Position numbers and translations under genes: made by a program
DNA from: Eledone cirrhosa
Taxonomy: Eukaryota
Assembly (NCBI GenBank): GCA_964016885.1
Contig: OZ024741.1
Location: 282,038,001-282,102,000 of the forward strand
DNA length: 64,000 nt
Reading direction: 5' to 3'
Notes under the pieces: generated by a model
Databases searched by the model: none
Told to the model about the DNA's origin: nothing
Seen by the model: only the letters and a program-made list of their open reading frames with translations
Part shown: one piece after another, positions 26,444 to 38,067 of the stretch
How the letters are laid out: each line of letters begins with the position of its first letter
Numbering within the stretch: position 1 is the first letter of the stretch

Positions 26444-27040
26444 GTGTGGATTGGCAGTATTGGTAGAGGGTCGGACGCCATGCTTTGACGTATAGAGTTA
26501 CGACCCTTGCCATTCTGAGTTCAAATCCCGTCACGGTTAACTTTGCCTTTCATCCTTAAGGGGTCGATAAAATAAAGTACCAGTAATGCACTGGGTATTT
26601 GCTGGCCTTGTGCCTAACGTAGAAACAATTATTGTATGTAAGGGTGTGGATTGGCAGTATCGGTAGAGGGTCTGACACCATGCTTTGCAGCAAAGAGTTA
26701 CGGCCCTTTATGATCTGAGTTCAAATCCCGCCGAGGTTAACTTTGCCTTTCATCCTTACGGGGTCGATAAAATAAAGTACCAGTAATACACTGAGTATTT
26801 GCTGGCCTTGTGCCTAACGTAGAAACAATTATTGTATGTAAGGGTGTGGATTGGCAGTATCGGTAGAGGGTCTGACACCATGCTTTGCAGCAAAGAGTTA
26901 CGGCCCTTTATGATCTGAGTTCAAATCCCGCCGAGGTTAACTTTACCTTTCATCCTTACGGGGTCGATAAAATAAAGTACCAGTAATACACTGGGATTAT
27001 TGCTGGCCTTGTGCCAAAAGTAGAAACAATTATTGTGTGT
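26444..27040 (+). mobile_element. Head-to-tail trimer of the tRNA-derived SINE (200 bp period)
   Basis: GTGTGGATTGGCAG starts at 26444, 26644 and 26844; each unit has A/B boxes and the central domain; units 2 and 3 nearly identical. Confidence 0.9.
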
Positions 27041-28661
27041 AAGTTCCGCTCTTACTTTCCGTCTATTTGTATTTGGCTACTGAAATACTCATTAGGATAA
27101 TGTCAATATTTTCTACATTGACATTAAGTGTCCTGTAGGATTTTATTCCGTTCGGTTACGGAAGCAGTGACCCTCACATTTACCGCGACATCCATGATGT
27201 GGGAGGGAGCAAAAGAGTCGTTAATTTTGATATATTTTTGTGCATTAAATTTAAAAGGTTCCTTGCAATAATGAATTATATTAATTATATGTGTTTATAT
27301 TTTTATTTTGAAAGAATTATAAACAATTGGTAATATATTATTGCCAAGAACTTAATAAATATAATAGAATTAGTACCCAGTAGTAATAATATAATTAGTT
27401 CTGAGTAGTAATAATAATTAGTAGAAAGTAGTAATAAAAATAATAATAATAGAATTAATACCTAGTAATAAATATACGCAAAAATATATAATCAAAACGA
27501 GAGTGAGAGAGAGAAAAAAAAAACAATTCATCAAATGCAGCATATATGGTTTTGTAAACAAATAGTTGGCGTTGTGTTGATTATGAAAGTGAAAGAAACA
27601 ATTAGTTCCGCGCTTTAGAATTGTCAGACACTAAAAATAAGTTGAAACTTTAGAGAGACCAATTAATGGAAAGAAGGACACCCACCACACCCCACACTCC
27701 CAAAAATCCAAATTATTCTAAAAATACAAAAAAAATATTAACCGTTTATGCAATATATTAACCATTAAGGATTGGTGATACATTAAAGAGAAATAAAATA
27801 AGAAAACGGAAAAAATATCTTGTCAGATTCACCGGATTCATTGTATGCGTGTGTGTTGGACTACCTTTTATTTTCTATATCTATCCTTTGTTATCCTGTC
27901 TCTATTTTTGTACTCCTTAAGAAGGGCTAAAGCCAGACACGTTGAACTTTATTTCCCCTTTTCCTTATAAAGCGTCAAACTAATAAGACTTTTTGTACCT
28001 CTGTTTTGTCGTTTCCTTGAACTATATATATATGTGTGTGTGTGTGTGAATAATTTTATTTAGGCGTAAAAAGCAAAACAATGATAACACTTCAAATTAT
28101 TGTATTACATTTCTACGTTCGTTTCAATTTTAACGAAATACAATTACAAAAGTATGAAAATAATGATTTGCAGATGAATGAATTAATATTATATATATAT
28201 ATATATATGCATATAATGTAAGGGTTATAGATCTCTCGCAGCGTTGTATGTGTCTGAAGAGCATGTGAAATAAATTTGGGGAATGTGAAGAAATATTTTC
28301 CTTTATAGCAAGTAAACTGGCGATCCCTAATCCAAATATAGAGAGGTTCACAATTTGTTGATATGGAAGGATATAAGAGACCTAATCTTGATAGTAATTA
28401 TTTTTAATGGAAATATGCATTTATACATACATATGTAAATATTACTTCAATATTAGGGTTAAGATACATATGTAAATATACATACATACACATATATGTG
28501 TGTGTGTGTAAGTTTGCTAATTTATGGAACTAACTCTATATATACATATACACACACACACAAACATATATATATATATACATACACACACATATATACA
28601 TACATACACATATATATGTGTAAATTTGCTAATTTGTAGAACTCTCTCTCTATATATACAT

Positions 28662-29240
28662 ATGGTGGCTGCCAACTCGTTTTCGAGTACGGCCACTACT
28701 TTATATTCATGTAGGAGAACCCCTACTGATGCGCTGAACGAGTGTGACTTTTCAGTCCAGCAAGCGACTTGAAAACTTTGGTACAAACACTACACTTGTG
28801 ACAATTACTGACACATAGTGCTGGGCCCATGGTACCCTGTGATGACAAGTGCAGAGAGATCTCCAGATATAAAGCAATGCCTGTGCCGTGAAGCTTTTAT
28901 AGTGAGCAAAGGCACTGCACAAAGCCAGTCCCACTCTCTTAACCAAGATGATATTTACCAAAAAGAAGAACAAGTCAACATCATTGGATACCATCAGGGT
29001 TGCAGGTGTTATATCAGAGTTTTCCTTCTCCTAGAATTCTGCATTGACAAAGGCTAAGGGGTCATCTCTCCCAGTGATTTTGGATGGCCATTGACTCTTA
29101 AGAGTTCCTTTGCCATTTGACAGGTTTTGTTTTTAGTCCTGCAGGATGTCCAAAGTCACCCTCCTCACCAAGAAACCTTGGCGGGGTTGCCAGTTTAGTC
29201 GCCAACGACCCGACCATGGGACAGGTTGTACTGGGATACA
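28662..29240 (-). repeat. ~580 bp interspersed repeat, copy 2 (inverted)
   Basis: Reverse complement of about 24288-24868. Confidence 0.8.
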
Positions 29241-29321
29241 TACACACACATATATACATACACACACACATATACACGCACACATATACACACACACATA
29301 TATATATACACACACACACAC

Positions 29322-29368
<47 letters not shown>

Positions 29369-29438
29369 TGTATATATATATATATATATATAAATGAAAA
29401 GTATAGAAATTATTGTAGCAAGAAGCTAACAGTATTCC

Positions 29439-29471
<33 letters not shown>

Positions 29472-29474
<3 letters not shown>

Positions 29475-29648
29475 CCCCACACTGTAAATGTGGTTGGTGT
29501 TAGGAAGGGCATCCAACTGTAGAAAACCCGCCAGACAGTCCTATGCGAGCAAGACAACCACTCTTGCCTCAAGTGGGAAAACTCCCGTCCAAACCCATGC
29601 AAGCATGGAACACGGACGTTAAACGATGATGATGATGATGATGATGAT
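29472..29648 (+). mobile_element. RTE family A extreme 3' end
   Basis: TGGTGTTAGGAAGGGCATCC motif through CGGACGTTAAAC(GAT)n; tail-to-tail with the next element. Confidence 0.85.
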
Positions 29649-29668
29649 ATATATACACACACATACAC

Positions 29669-29700
<32 letters not shown>

Positions 29701-29704
<4 letters not shown>

Positions 29705-31446
29705 TCATCATCATCATCATCATCAACGTTTAACGTCCGTGTTCCACGCTTGCATGGGTTTGGACGGGGGTAGTCCCACTTGAGGCAAGAGTGATTGTCT
29801 TGCTCGCATAGGACTGTCTGGCAGGTTTTCTACAGTTGGATGCCCTTCCTAACACCAACCACGTTTACAGTGTGGGTCTGGGAGGTTTTTACCGTGTTGC
29901 CTACACGGCCACATTACAGCGTGGACTGTGTATTTTTTTGTCGTGACACCTACACGATCTCATTTGTTTCGGCCTGGATGGTGTGGCACCAACATAACTT
30001 TACATAGAACGGGGTGGTGTGGATGGGGTGGGGGTGGTGGGGGTGGGACAGGGGGGTATTTTGTTAGAGATGCCTACTGGCTGTAGTAGGTTTTACTATG
30101 TATTTAGGTAAGGCGGGTCTTCTCTGTTACTGAGTACCGCCAAAGGTCTCGGTCCAGTGACATTGTCTTGGAGAGGTGTAAGTGTGTGAGGTCGGAGTTT
30201 ATCAGCTCGTCCCAGGTTTTTCTAGGTCTGCCTATTCCGTGGCTACCGTCTATCTTTATTGCCCGGCACTTTGTTATACAGCTATCGACTTTCATGCGCA
30301 TCACGTGTCCATACCAACGTAGCCTTCTCTCGAGTAAACAACATCTGATCCCTCTTATTTCTAATTTTTTCCTTAGTTCGTTTATGCTTTGCCGTTCACG
30401 TATATTACTATTACACATCCAGCGGAGCATGCAAGCTTCGTTCCTCTCTAGTCTGCGTATATCCTCTGCACACAATGCCCAGGTCTCACTGCCATGCAAC
30501 ATTGCTGTTCGTATGCAGGCATCGTACAACCTGCCTTTCATTTTTAGGGAGAACCCTTTAGCAGCTAATAGTGGTATAAGCTCTCTGAACTTTTTCCAAC
30601 CAGTTCTGACTCTAGCTACTGTACTTTCAGAGCACCCTCCCCCACTGCTGATTTTATCACCCAGGTAACGGAAGCTGTCCACTATTTCTATAGAACCCTC
30701 TGCGCAATTGAAAGAGCTAGTATTTGTGGGCACTTGCTGCTACTTATTGCACCAGAGCACCGGCCACATGTAAAATCTATGTTCTTAGTTAGCTTACCTG
30801 TGATCCCACTACATCTTTTATGCACCCATACTTTGCATTTAGGACATAAAATGGAGTTTCTACCTACGCCTTTCCTACACACCGAGCACGACCATATCCC
30901 AGAAGGGACCGCCGCCTTATTTTCTTTCCTACAAACTAGAACTTTAGTCTTAGCCAGGTTAATTTTAAGTCCTTTTGATTCTAGGCCGTGCTTCCATGTT
31001 TGGAATTTCTTCTCTAGCTCGGCCATTGATTCCGCTATGAGTGTCAGGTCGTCTGCGTATAGGAGTTCCCATGGGCAGCCGGTCTTGAACTCCTCTGTTA
31101 TAGCCTGAAGGGCAATAATAAGTAGTAGGGGGCTGAGAACAGAGCCCTGATGGACGCCAACTTTTACGCTAAACTCTTCACTATATTCGTTGTTAATTCT
31201 AACCTTGCTGACTGTTTCTTTATACATGGCTTGTATAGCTCTCACAAGCCATTCGTCAATGCCTAGTTTTCTAAGAGCCCACTAGATAATGGAGCGGGGG
31301 ACTCTGTCGAAGGCTTTCTCCAAGTCGACAAAAGCTAACTAGAGGGGTTTACCTTTAGCTAGGTACTTCTCCTGTAGTTGTCGTACAATGAAAAGAGCGT
31401 CTGTGGTACTTTTGCCTGACACAAACCCGAACTGCATTTCATCTAG
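29701..31446 (-). mobile_element. RTE-clade LINE family A, 5'-truncated pseudogene
   Basis: [24 protein letters not shown] finger, [16 protein letters not shown]; in-frame stop near 31282; frameshift near 30720; (GAT)n tail; (TA)n on both sides. Confidence 0.93.
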
Positions 31447-31461
31447 GTATATATATATAAT

Positions 31462-31752
31462 ATATAAGAACAAAAGATGGTTAAAAGAGTTCCATGTATT
31501 TTATTATGCGCATTTCAAAAACAAATATTATCATGCAATAATATTTGTGTTTTCATCAGATAAAACAGGAAGACATGATATGAAGGTTAAAAAACACTTG
31601 TGGATAGTGCAGTTTTAAATCAACATATATATTATATTTAAATCAATATATATATTATATATTATGTATACTCCAGTCCTACAAACTGTAGAGTGCTTCT
31701 TATCCGATATCAGCATTGCTTTATTGTACTACAATAAAACTCACCTCCTACA
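31462..31752. mobile_element. Penelope-type pLTR fragment with internal inversion (family of 35460-35625 and 44128-44445)
   Basis: 31462-31625 is inverted relative to 44190-44345, while 31660-31752 matches 44352-44445 in forward orientation. Confidence 0.75.
31499..31565 (-). ncRNA. Type I hammerhead ribozyme (family 1)
   Basis: ttttat-CTGATGA-[long AT-rich stem II]-GAAA-TGCGCA-TA-ataaaa. Confidence 0.85.
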
Positions 31753-31885
31753 TTATATATATATATATATACACACACACACATGTGTATATATAAGCAA
31801 AATAAATGGAGAAGGCAATACATTCAAAAACAAAATTTACTTCTTACACGGTGTTTCATCTACTCAATATCAAAATAACAGTTCC

Positions 31886-31924
31886 ATACATATATGTGTA
31901 TATATATAAATACATATATGTGTG

Positions 31925-31959
<35 letters not shown>

Positions 31960-31963
31960 GTAC

Positions 31964-31994
<31 letters not shown>

Positions 31995-32739
31995 TGTATA
32001 TAATATATACATATATATATACATATATATATATATATGTATATAATATATACATATATATATACATATATATATATATATGTATATAATATATACATAT
32101 ATATATACATATATATATATATATGTATATAATATATACATATATATATACATATATATATATATATGTATATAATATATACATATATATATACATATAT
32201 ATATATATATGTATATAATATATACATATATATATACATATATATATATATGTATATAATATATACATATATATATACATATATATATATATATGTATAT
32301 AATATATACATATATATATACATATATATATATATATGTATATAATATATACATATATATATACATATATATATATATATGTATATAATATATACATATA
32401 TATATACATATATATATATATGTATATAATATATACATATATATATACATATATATATATATATGTATATAATATATACATATATATATACATATATATA
32501 TATATATGTATATAATATATACATATATATATACATATATATATATATATGTATATAATATATACATATATATATACATATATATATATATGTATATAAT
32601 ATATACATATATATATACATATATATATATATGTATATAATATATACATATATATATACATATATATATATATATGTATATAATATATACATATATATAT
32701 ACATATATATGTATATATATATATACATATATATATATG

Positions 32740-32807
<68 letters not shown>

Positions 32808-32865
32808 CATATATATGTATATATATATACATATATATATATGTATATATATATATACATATATG

Positions 32866-32897
<32 letters not shown>

Positions 32898-33130
32898 CAT
32901 ATATGTATATATATATATGTATATATACATATATATATATACATATATATATACACATATATATATACATATATGTATATATATATATATGTATATATAT
33001 ATGTATATATATATACATATATATATATACATATATATATACATATATATATACATATATATATACATATATATATACATATATATATATATACATATAT
33101 ATATATATGTATATATACATATATATATAC

Positions 33131-33185
<55 letters not shown>

Positions 33186-33416
33186 CATTTATATATTTAT
33201 GTATATATATATATACATATATACATATATATATATACATATATATATATGTATATATATATACATATATATATATACATATATATACATATATATATAC
33301 ATATATATATACATATATATATACATATATATATACATATATATATATACATATATATATACATATATATATATACATATATATATACATATATATATAT
33401 ACGTATATATATATAC

Positions 33417-33447
<31 letters not shown>

Positions 33448-33448
33448 C

Positions 33449-33498
<50 letters not shown>

Positions 33499-33504
33499 AT
33501 ATAC

Positions 33505-33539
<35 letters not shown>

Positions 33540-33552
33540 CATATATAGATAC

Positions 33553-33590
<38 letters not shown>

Positions 33591-33630
33591 GTATATATAT
33601 ATACATATATATATAAGTATATATATATAC

Positions 33631-33661
<31 letters not shown>

Positions 33662-33800
33662 CATATATATACATATATATATACATATATATATACATAT
33701 ATATATACATATATATATACATATATATATATACATATATATATACATATATATATATACATATATATATACATATATATATATACGTATATATATATAC

Positions 33801-33831
<31 letters not shown>

Positions 33832-33832
33832 C

Positions 33833-33867
<35 letters not shown>

Positions 33868-33885
33868 CATATATAGATACATATA

Positions 33886-33916
<31 letters not shown>

Positions 33917-34226
33917 GTATATATATATACATATATATATAAGTATATATATATACATATATATATACATATATATATACATATATATATATGTATATAT
34001 ATATACATATATATATATGTATATATATATACATATATATATATGTATATATATGTATATATATATATACATATGTATATATATATACATATATATATAT
34101 GTATATATATATACATATATATACATATATATATATATATACATTTATATACATATATATATATATATACATTTATATATATGTATATATACATATATAT
34201 ACATATATATATATATACATATATAC

Positions 34227-34257
<31 letters not shown>

Positions 34258-34631
34258 CATATATGTATATATATATACATATATATACATATATATATAC
34301 ATACATATATATGTATATATATATACATATATATACATATATATGTATATATATATACATATATATACATATACATACATATGTATATATATATACATAT
34401 ATATATATACATATATATACATATATATATATACATACATATGTATATATATATATACATATATATATATATGTATATATATATACATATATATACATAT
34501 ATATGTATATATATATATACATATATATACATATACATACATATGTATATATATATACATATATATATATATGTATATATATATACATATATATGTATAT
34601 ATATATATACATATATATATACATACATATG

Positions 34632-34707
<76 letters not shown>

Positions 34708-34713
34708 CATATG

Positions 34714-34781
<68 letters not shown>

Positions 34782-34787
34782 CATATG

Positions 34788-34854
<67 letters not shown>
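31886..34854. repeat. ~3 kb compound (TA)n microsatellite with TACA/TATG variants
   Basis: Read directly; a ~41-45 bp higher-order unit occupies about 32000-32690. Confidence 0.97.
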
Positions 34855-34861
<7 letters not shown>

Positions 34862-34911
34862 TAATGAAATGACAGGAGGCTGGATTTGTGTAAATCCTTG
34901 AAAGGTTTATT

Positions 34912-34969
34912 ATACTATGATCATTTCAATGAACGAGTTCCGTATGAATCCGGTGATATCATCAGGTAT
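34912..34969 (-). ncRNA. Type I hammerhead ribozyme (family 2), left arm
   Basis: atac-CTGATGA-[stem II]-GAAA-TGATCA-TA-gtat. Confidence 0.8.
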
Positions 34970-35176
34970 TCGAAATATAATACGTGAATGTAATAGATAA
35001 AATCCATGGGGCTGAAAATCGAGGACCCGAGGGCGACCGCTATTCTGTTCCTTCAACCTCAGCCGGTCGCCCTGGAGCGACCGGCTGAGGTTGAAGGAAC
35101 AGAATAGCGGTCGCCCTCGGGTCTCGATTTTCAGCCCCATGGATTTTACCTATTACATTCACGTATTATATTTCGA

Positions 35177-35234
35177 ATACCTGATGATATCACCGGATTC
35201 ATACGGAACCCGGTCATTGGAATGATCATAGTAT
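35177..35234 (+). ncRNA. Hammerhead ribozyme (family 2), right arm, core GAAA mutated to GGAA
   Basis: atac-CTGATGA-tatcaccgg...ccggtcatt-GGAA-TGATCA-TA-gtat. Confidence 0.7.
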
Positions 35235-35428
35235 AATAAACCTTTCAAGGATTTACACAAATCCAGCCTCCTGTCATTTCATTATAATATTTAACTCCGT
35301 AATAGCACCACCAACTACAAAAACAAAGACGGTTGAACTGCTTTACGTTGAGTACTCTCTATATTATTGCATTACGATTGACCATACGGAATAGACCAGC
35401 TCTATACAGTGGTGAACCTCAAACCTGA

Positions 35429-35459
<31 letters not shown>

Positions 35460-35463
<4 letters not shown>

Positions 35464-38040
35464 ATCAAAAGATGGTTAAAGGAGTTCCATGTATTTTATT
35501 ATGCGCATTTCAAAAACAAACATCATAATGCAATAATATTTGTGTTTTCATCAGATAAAACAGGAGAACATGATATGAAGGCTAAAAAACACTTGTGGAT
35601 AGTGCAGTTTTAAATCAACATATGAAAAGTAGTTTTAGATTGATGTGTGATATTGGGAAAAATGTTTTATTTAGAGAGGGGGGGGGGTGGAAACGATGAA
35701 AAAAGGGGGAGGAGATGAGAGTGAAGGTGGAGAGGGAGAGATGGGTGATAGAGAGAAAGAGATAGTTTTTATAACTGAGAAAAGATATATTGTTTTACAT
35801 AGAGAGGTTGAGAACCGTTGGAAGATAATGTATAAATTAAAAGAATTTGAAAATTAACGAAGGAAAAAAAAATGTACGAGGAAAGAGAGGGAGTTGATAT
35901 GTATTGAGATTAAAACTGAGATTAAAAAGTTTGAAGATAGAGAGAAAAAATAATAATTGCGGATGAATATTCTAACGTCAAAAAGGTGTATGTTTATAAG
36001 TATTATGGCAATTTCAAAATTAATGAAGAGAAAAAATTATTAAGGTTTGCGTGTTGAAGGATTTGAGAAAAATAATGTGAAGTTAAAGTTTGTATATTGA
36101 AGGAATTGATAATATGTGCGAAGAAAGAGTTAATATGTATTAAAAAATTATTAAGGTTTGTGTATTAGATGATTTGAGAAAAATAATGTGAAGTTAAGGT
36201 TTGTATATTGAAGGAATTGATAATATGTGCGAAGAAAGAGTTAATATGTATTAAGAATGAATATTCAAGCGTCAAAAGAAGGAGAGGGAGTTAATGTATT
36301 GAGATTTAAAAAGTTTGATGATGGAGAGAAAAAAATAATAATTGCGGATGAATATTCTAACGTCAAAAAAACAAATGTATATGTTATGAAGGATTTTACA
36401 AGGTGAAGATAGAATGAGGGTAATGAGTAAACAAGTATTATAGAGTGTATAATGCCCTTTGAAGTAAGGTAGGAAGATGGGTATAATTTAAAGAGGTGTG
36501 TGTATATGTGCCTTTGAGAAAAGATTCTAAATTGATAAAGAATTGAATATTAGCTGTATACTTTGTGAAAAGTCCTATGGAATTTATGCAGGCAGATAGA
36601 AAACAAATCTGTACGTCTATTTATTATAGAATCTAGATTAGAGATAATGGTAAATTTTTCATTTAGGCAGAGATTACAGATTTTAGATAGAGAGCTGTTC
36701 AAGTATGAGGACGCAGAAGAAACCTTCTTCCAAAAGATGGTATATTTAATGTTTTTGTCTTTCAAGGACCATATGAGTTCTGAGAGAGCCGTGTTGGTTC
36801 TTTTAAGTTTGTATTTAAAAGATGAATGATGATTATAGAGACGAGCTTTAAAAGAGGTGGAAGTGGAGCCAAAATAGGTGAAGGAATTGGTGCTAGTTAT
36901 AACTTTACATTCATAAATTAAGTTTTTATCAAGACAATGGTTGTTGAGAGGACATTTATTTTTAATGCGGCAGTTGCAATTAGAGAGATTATTAATGAGT
37001 GACCTAGTGTTATCTATAGAAGGAATTGGATTGGAGAAGTTGTTTGCGATAGGAATAATGGTTTCTTGATTTAGAGTTGGATTATGAACATTTAGCGAAG
37101 TTGTGTTTGACGTTGTATTTGGGTTTACAGAAGTTAGCCTAGGGTTTACAATGACGTCGGGAGTACTATTACTGTTATTATGAAATTCAATGTTGGAAGG
37201 AAGAGATTTAGTATTTAGTATTTTATTGTTGTGTTTAGAGATAATGTTGGAAATATTGGAGGATGTAGAATAAGAAAATTTGATGGTGTGTTTGTTAAAT
37301 ATTTTACTATAGATATGTGAGGGAGGGAAGCATTTATTTAAGGCACTAAAAAATAATTTAGGAATATTGTTATTAATAGAGATGGAGAAAGGAGCATTAT
37401 ACCAGATTATGTTTTTGTATCTAGGTCTTTTATTAAAGTTATTGGAATGATCATGATTAATTATTCTACTGTAAGTTTTTCTAGAATTTGTTTCTTTACT
37501 ATATTTGATTTTATCTGGATAACCGGCTTTAGAAAGTGCGTTATTATAGTAATTGGCGTTAGCATCAAAGATGTTTTTATTAGAAGATATGTTAGATATT
37601 CTTTTTCCAATATTACTAACTATAGCATTCTTGATATTGGTAGGATGGTTAGATTTAAAGTTAACATAATTTAGGTTCTCATTGTTTTTATGGTAAGGGT
37701 AATATAGGCCAGTGTCAAGATTAAGAGATACATCCAAGAAATTAGCTAGTTTGATACTATTATCAAATTCAATTTTTAGGTTATGTTGGTTAAAGAGATT
37801 ACGTATGTTGTTCTTAATAATATTAAGGTTAACTATATTGCAATTTAAGATAGTAAAGAGTCCATCATCACGATAAATTCCACCGCGAAGTTGAGGAATT
37901 TTCCGACTCAAAGAGTTCAAAATAAAGATACCAATTAAATCAGTCAATTGGGATGAATCGGTTGCTCCCATTGTGATGTCGAAGTTGTTAGAGGTATCGG
38001 CTCTGGTCCAATATTCGTTGTTGAACTCTAGGATGGTTAT
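35460..38040 (-). mobile_element. Penelope-like element 1 (RT + GIY-YIG, Naiad-like motifs), 5'-truncated, with 3' pLTR
   Basis: Open frame 36550-38040: ITMGATDS, GIYRDDG, NFLDVSL, PYHK..YVNFKSNHP, IIWYNAPFS, CNCRIKNKCPLNNHC, LIYECKV..YFGST..FKARLYNH, CNLC; long 3'UTR with internal duplications. Confidence 0.92.
35494..35560 (-). ncRNA. Type I hammerhead ribozyme (family 1) in the 3' pLTR of PLE 1
   Basis: Same core and ATGCGCAT stem III as 31499-31565, sense to the PLE ORF. Confidence 0.85.
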
Positions 38041-38067
38041 ACATACATATATATATATATATATATA

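Larger units (their letters stand above)
34855..35435 (+). mobile_element. Non-coding PLE-like pLTR with ~215 bp fold-back palindrome
   Basis: Arms 34855-35070 and 35077-35291, loop CCTGGA, a few mismatches; right arm continues to AATAAA and (TA)n. Confidence 0.8.

Noticed and set aside
24260-29240. Single large transposon with ~600 bp TIRs
   Set aside because: Left copy is nested within another TIR element, the ends are unequal, and there is no TSD or transposase; independent insertions are more likely.
31856-34872. Very long Tyr/Ile/Met/Cys ORFs (also 48.8-50.0 kb and 55.3-60.2 kb)
   Set aside because: Translations of (TA)n microsatellite, which lacks stop codons; not genes.
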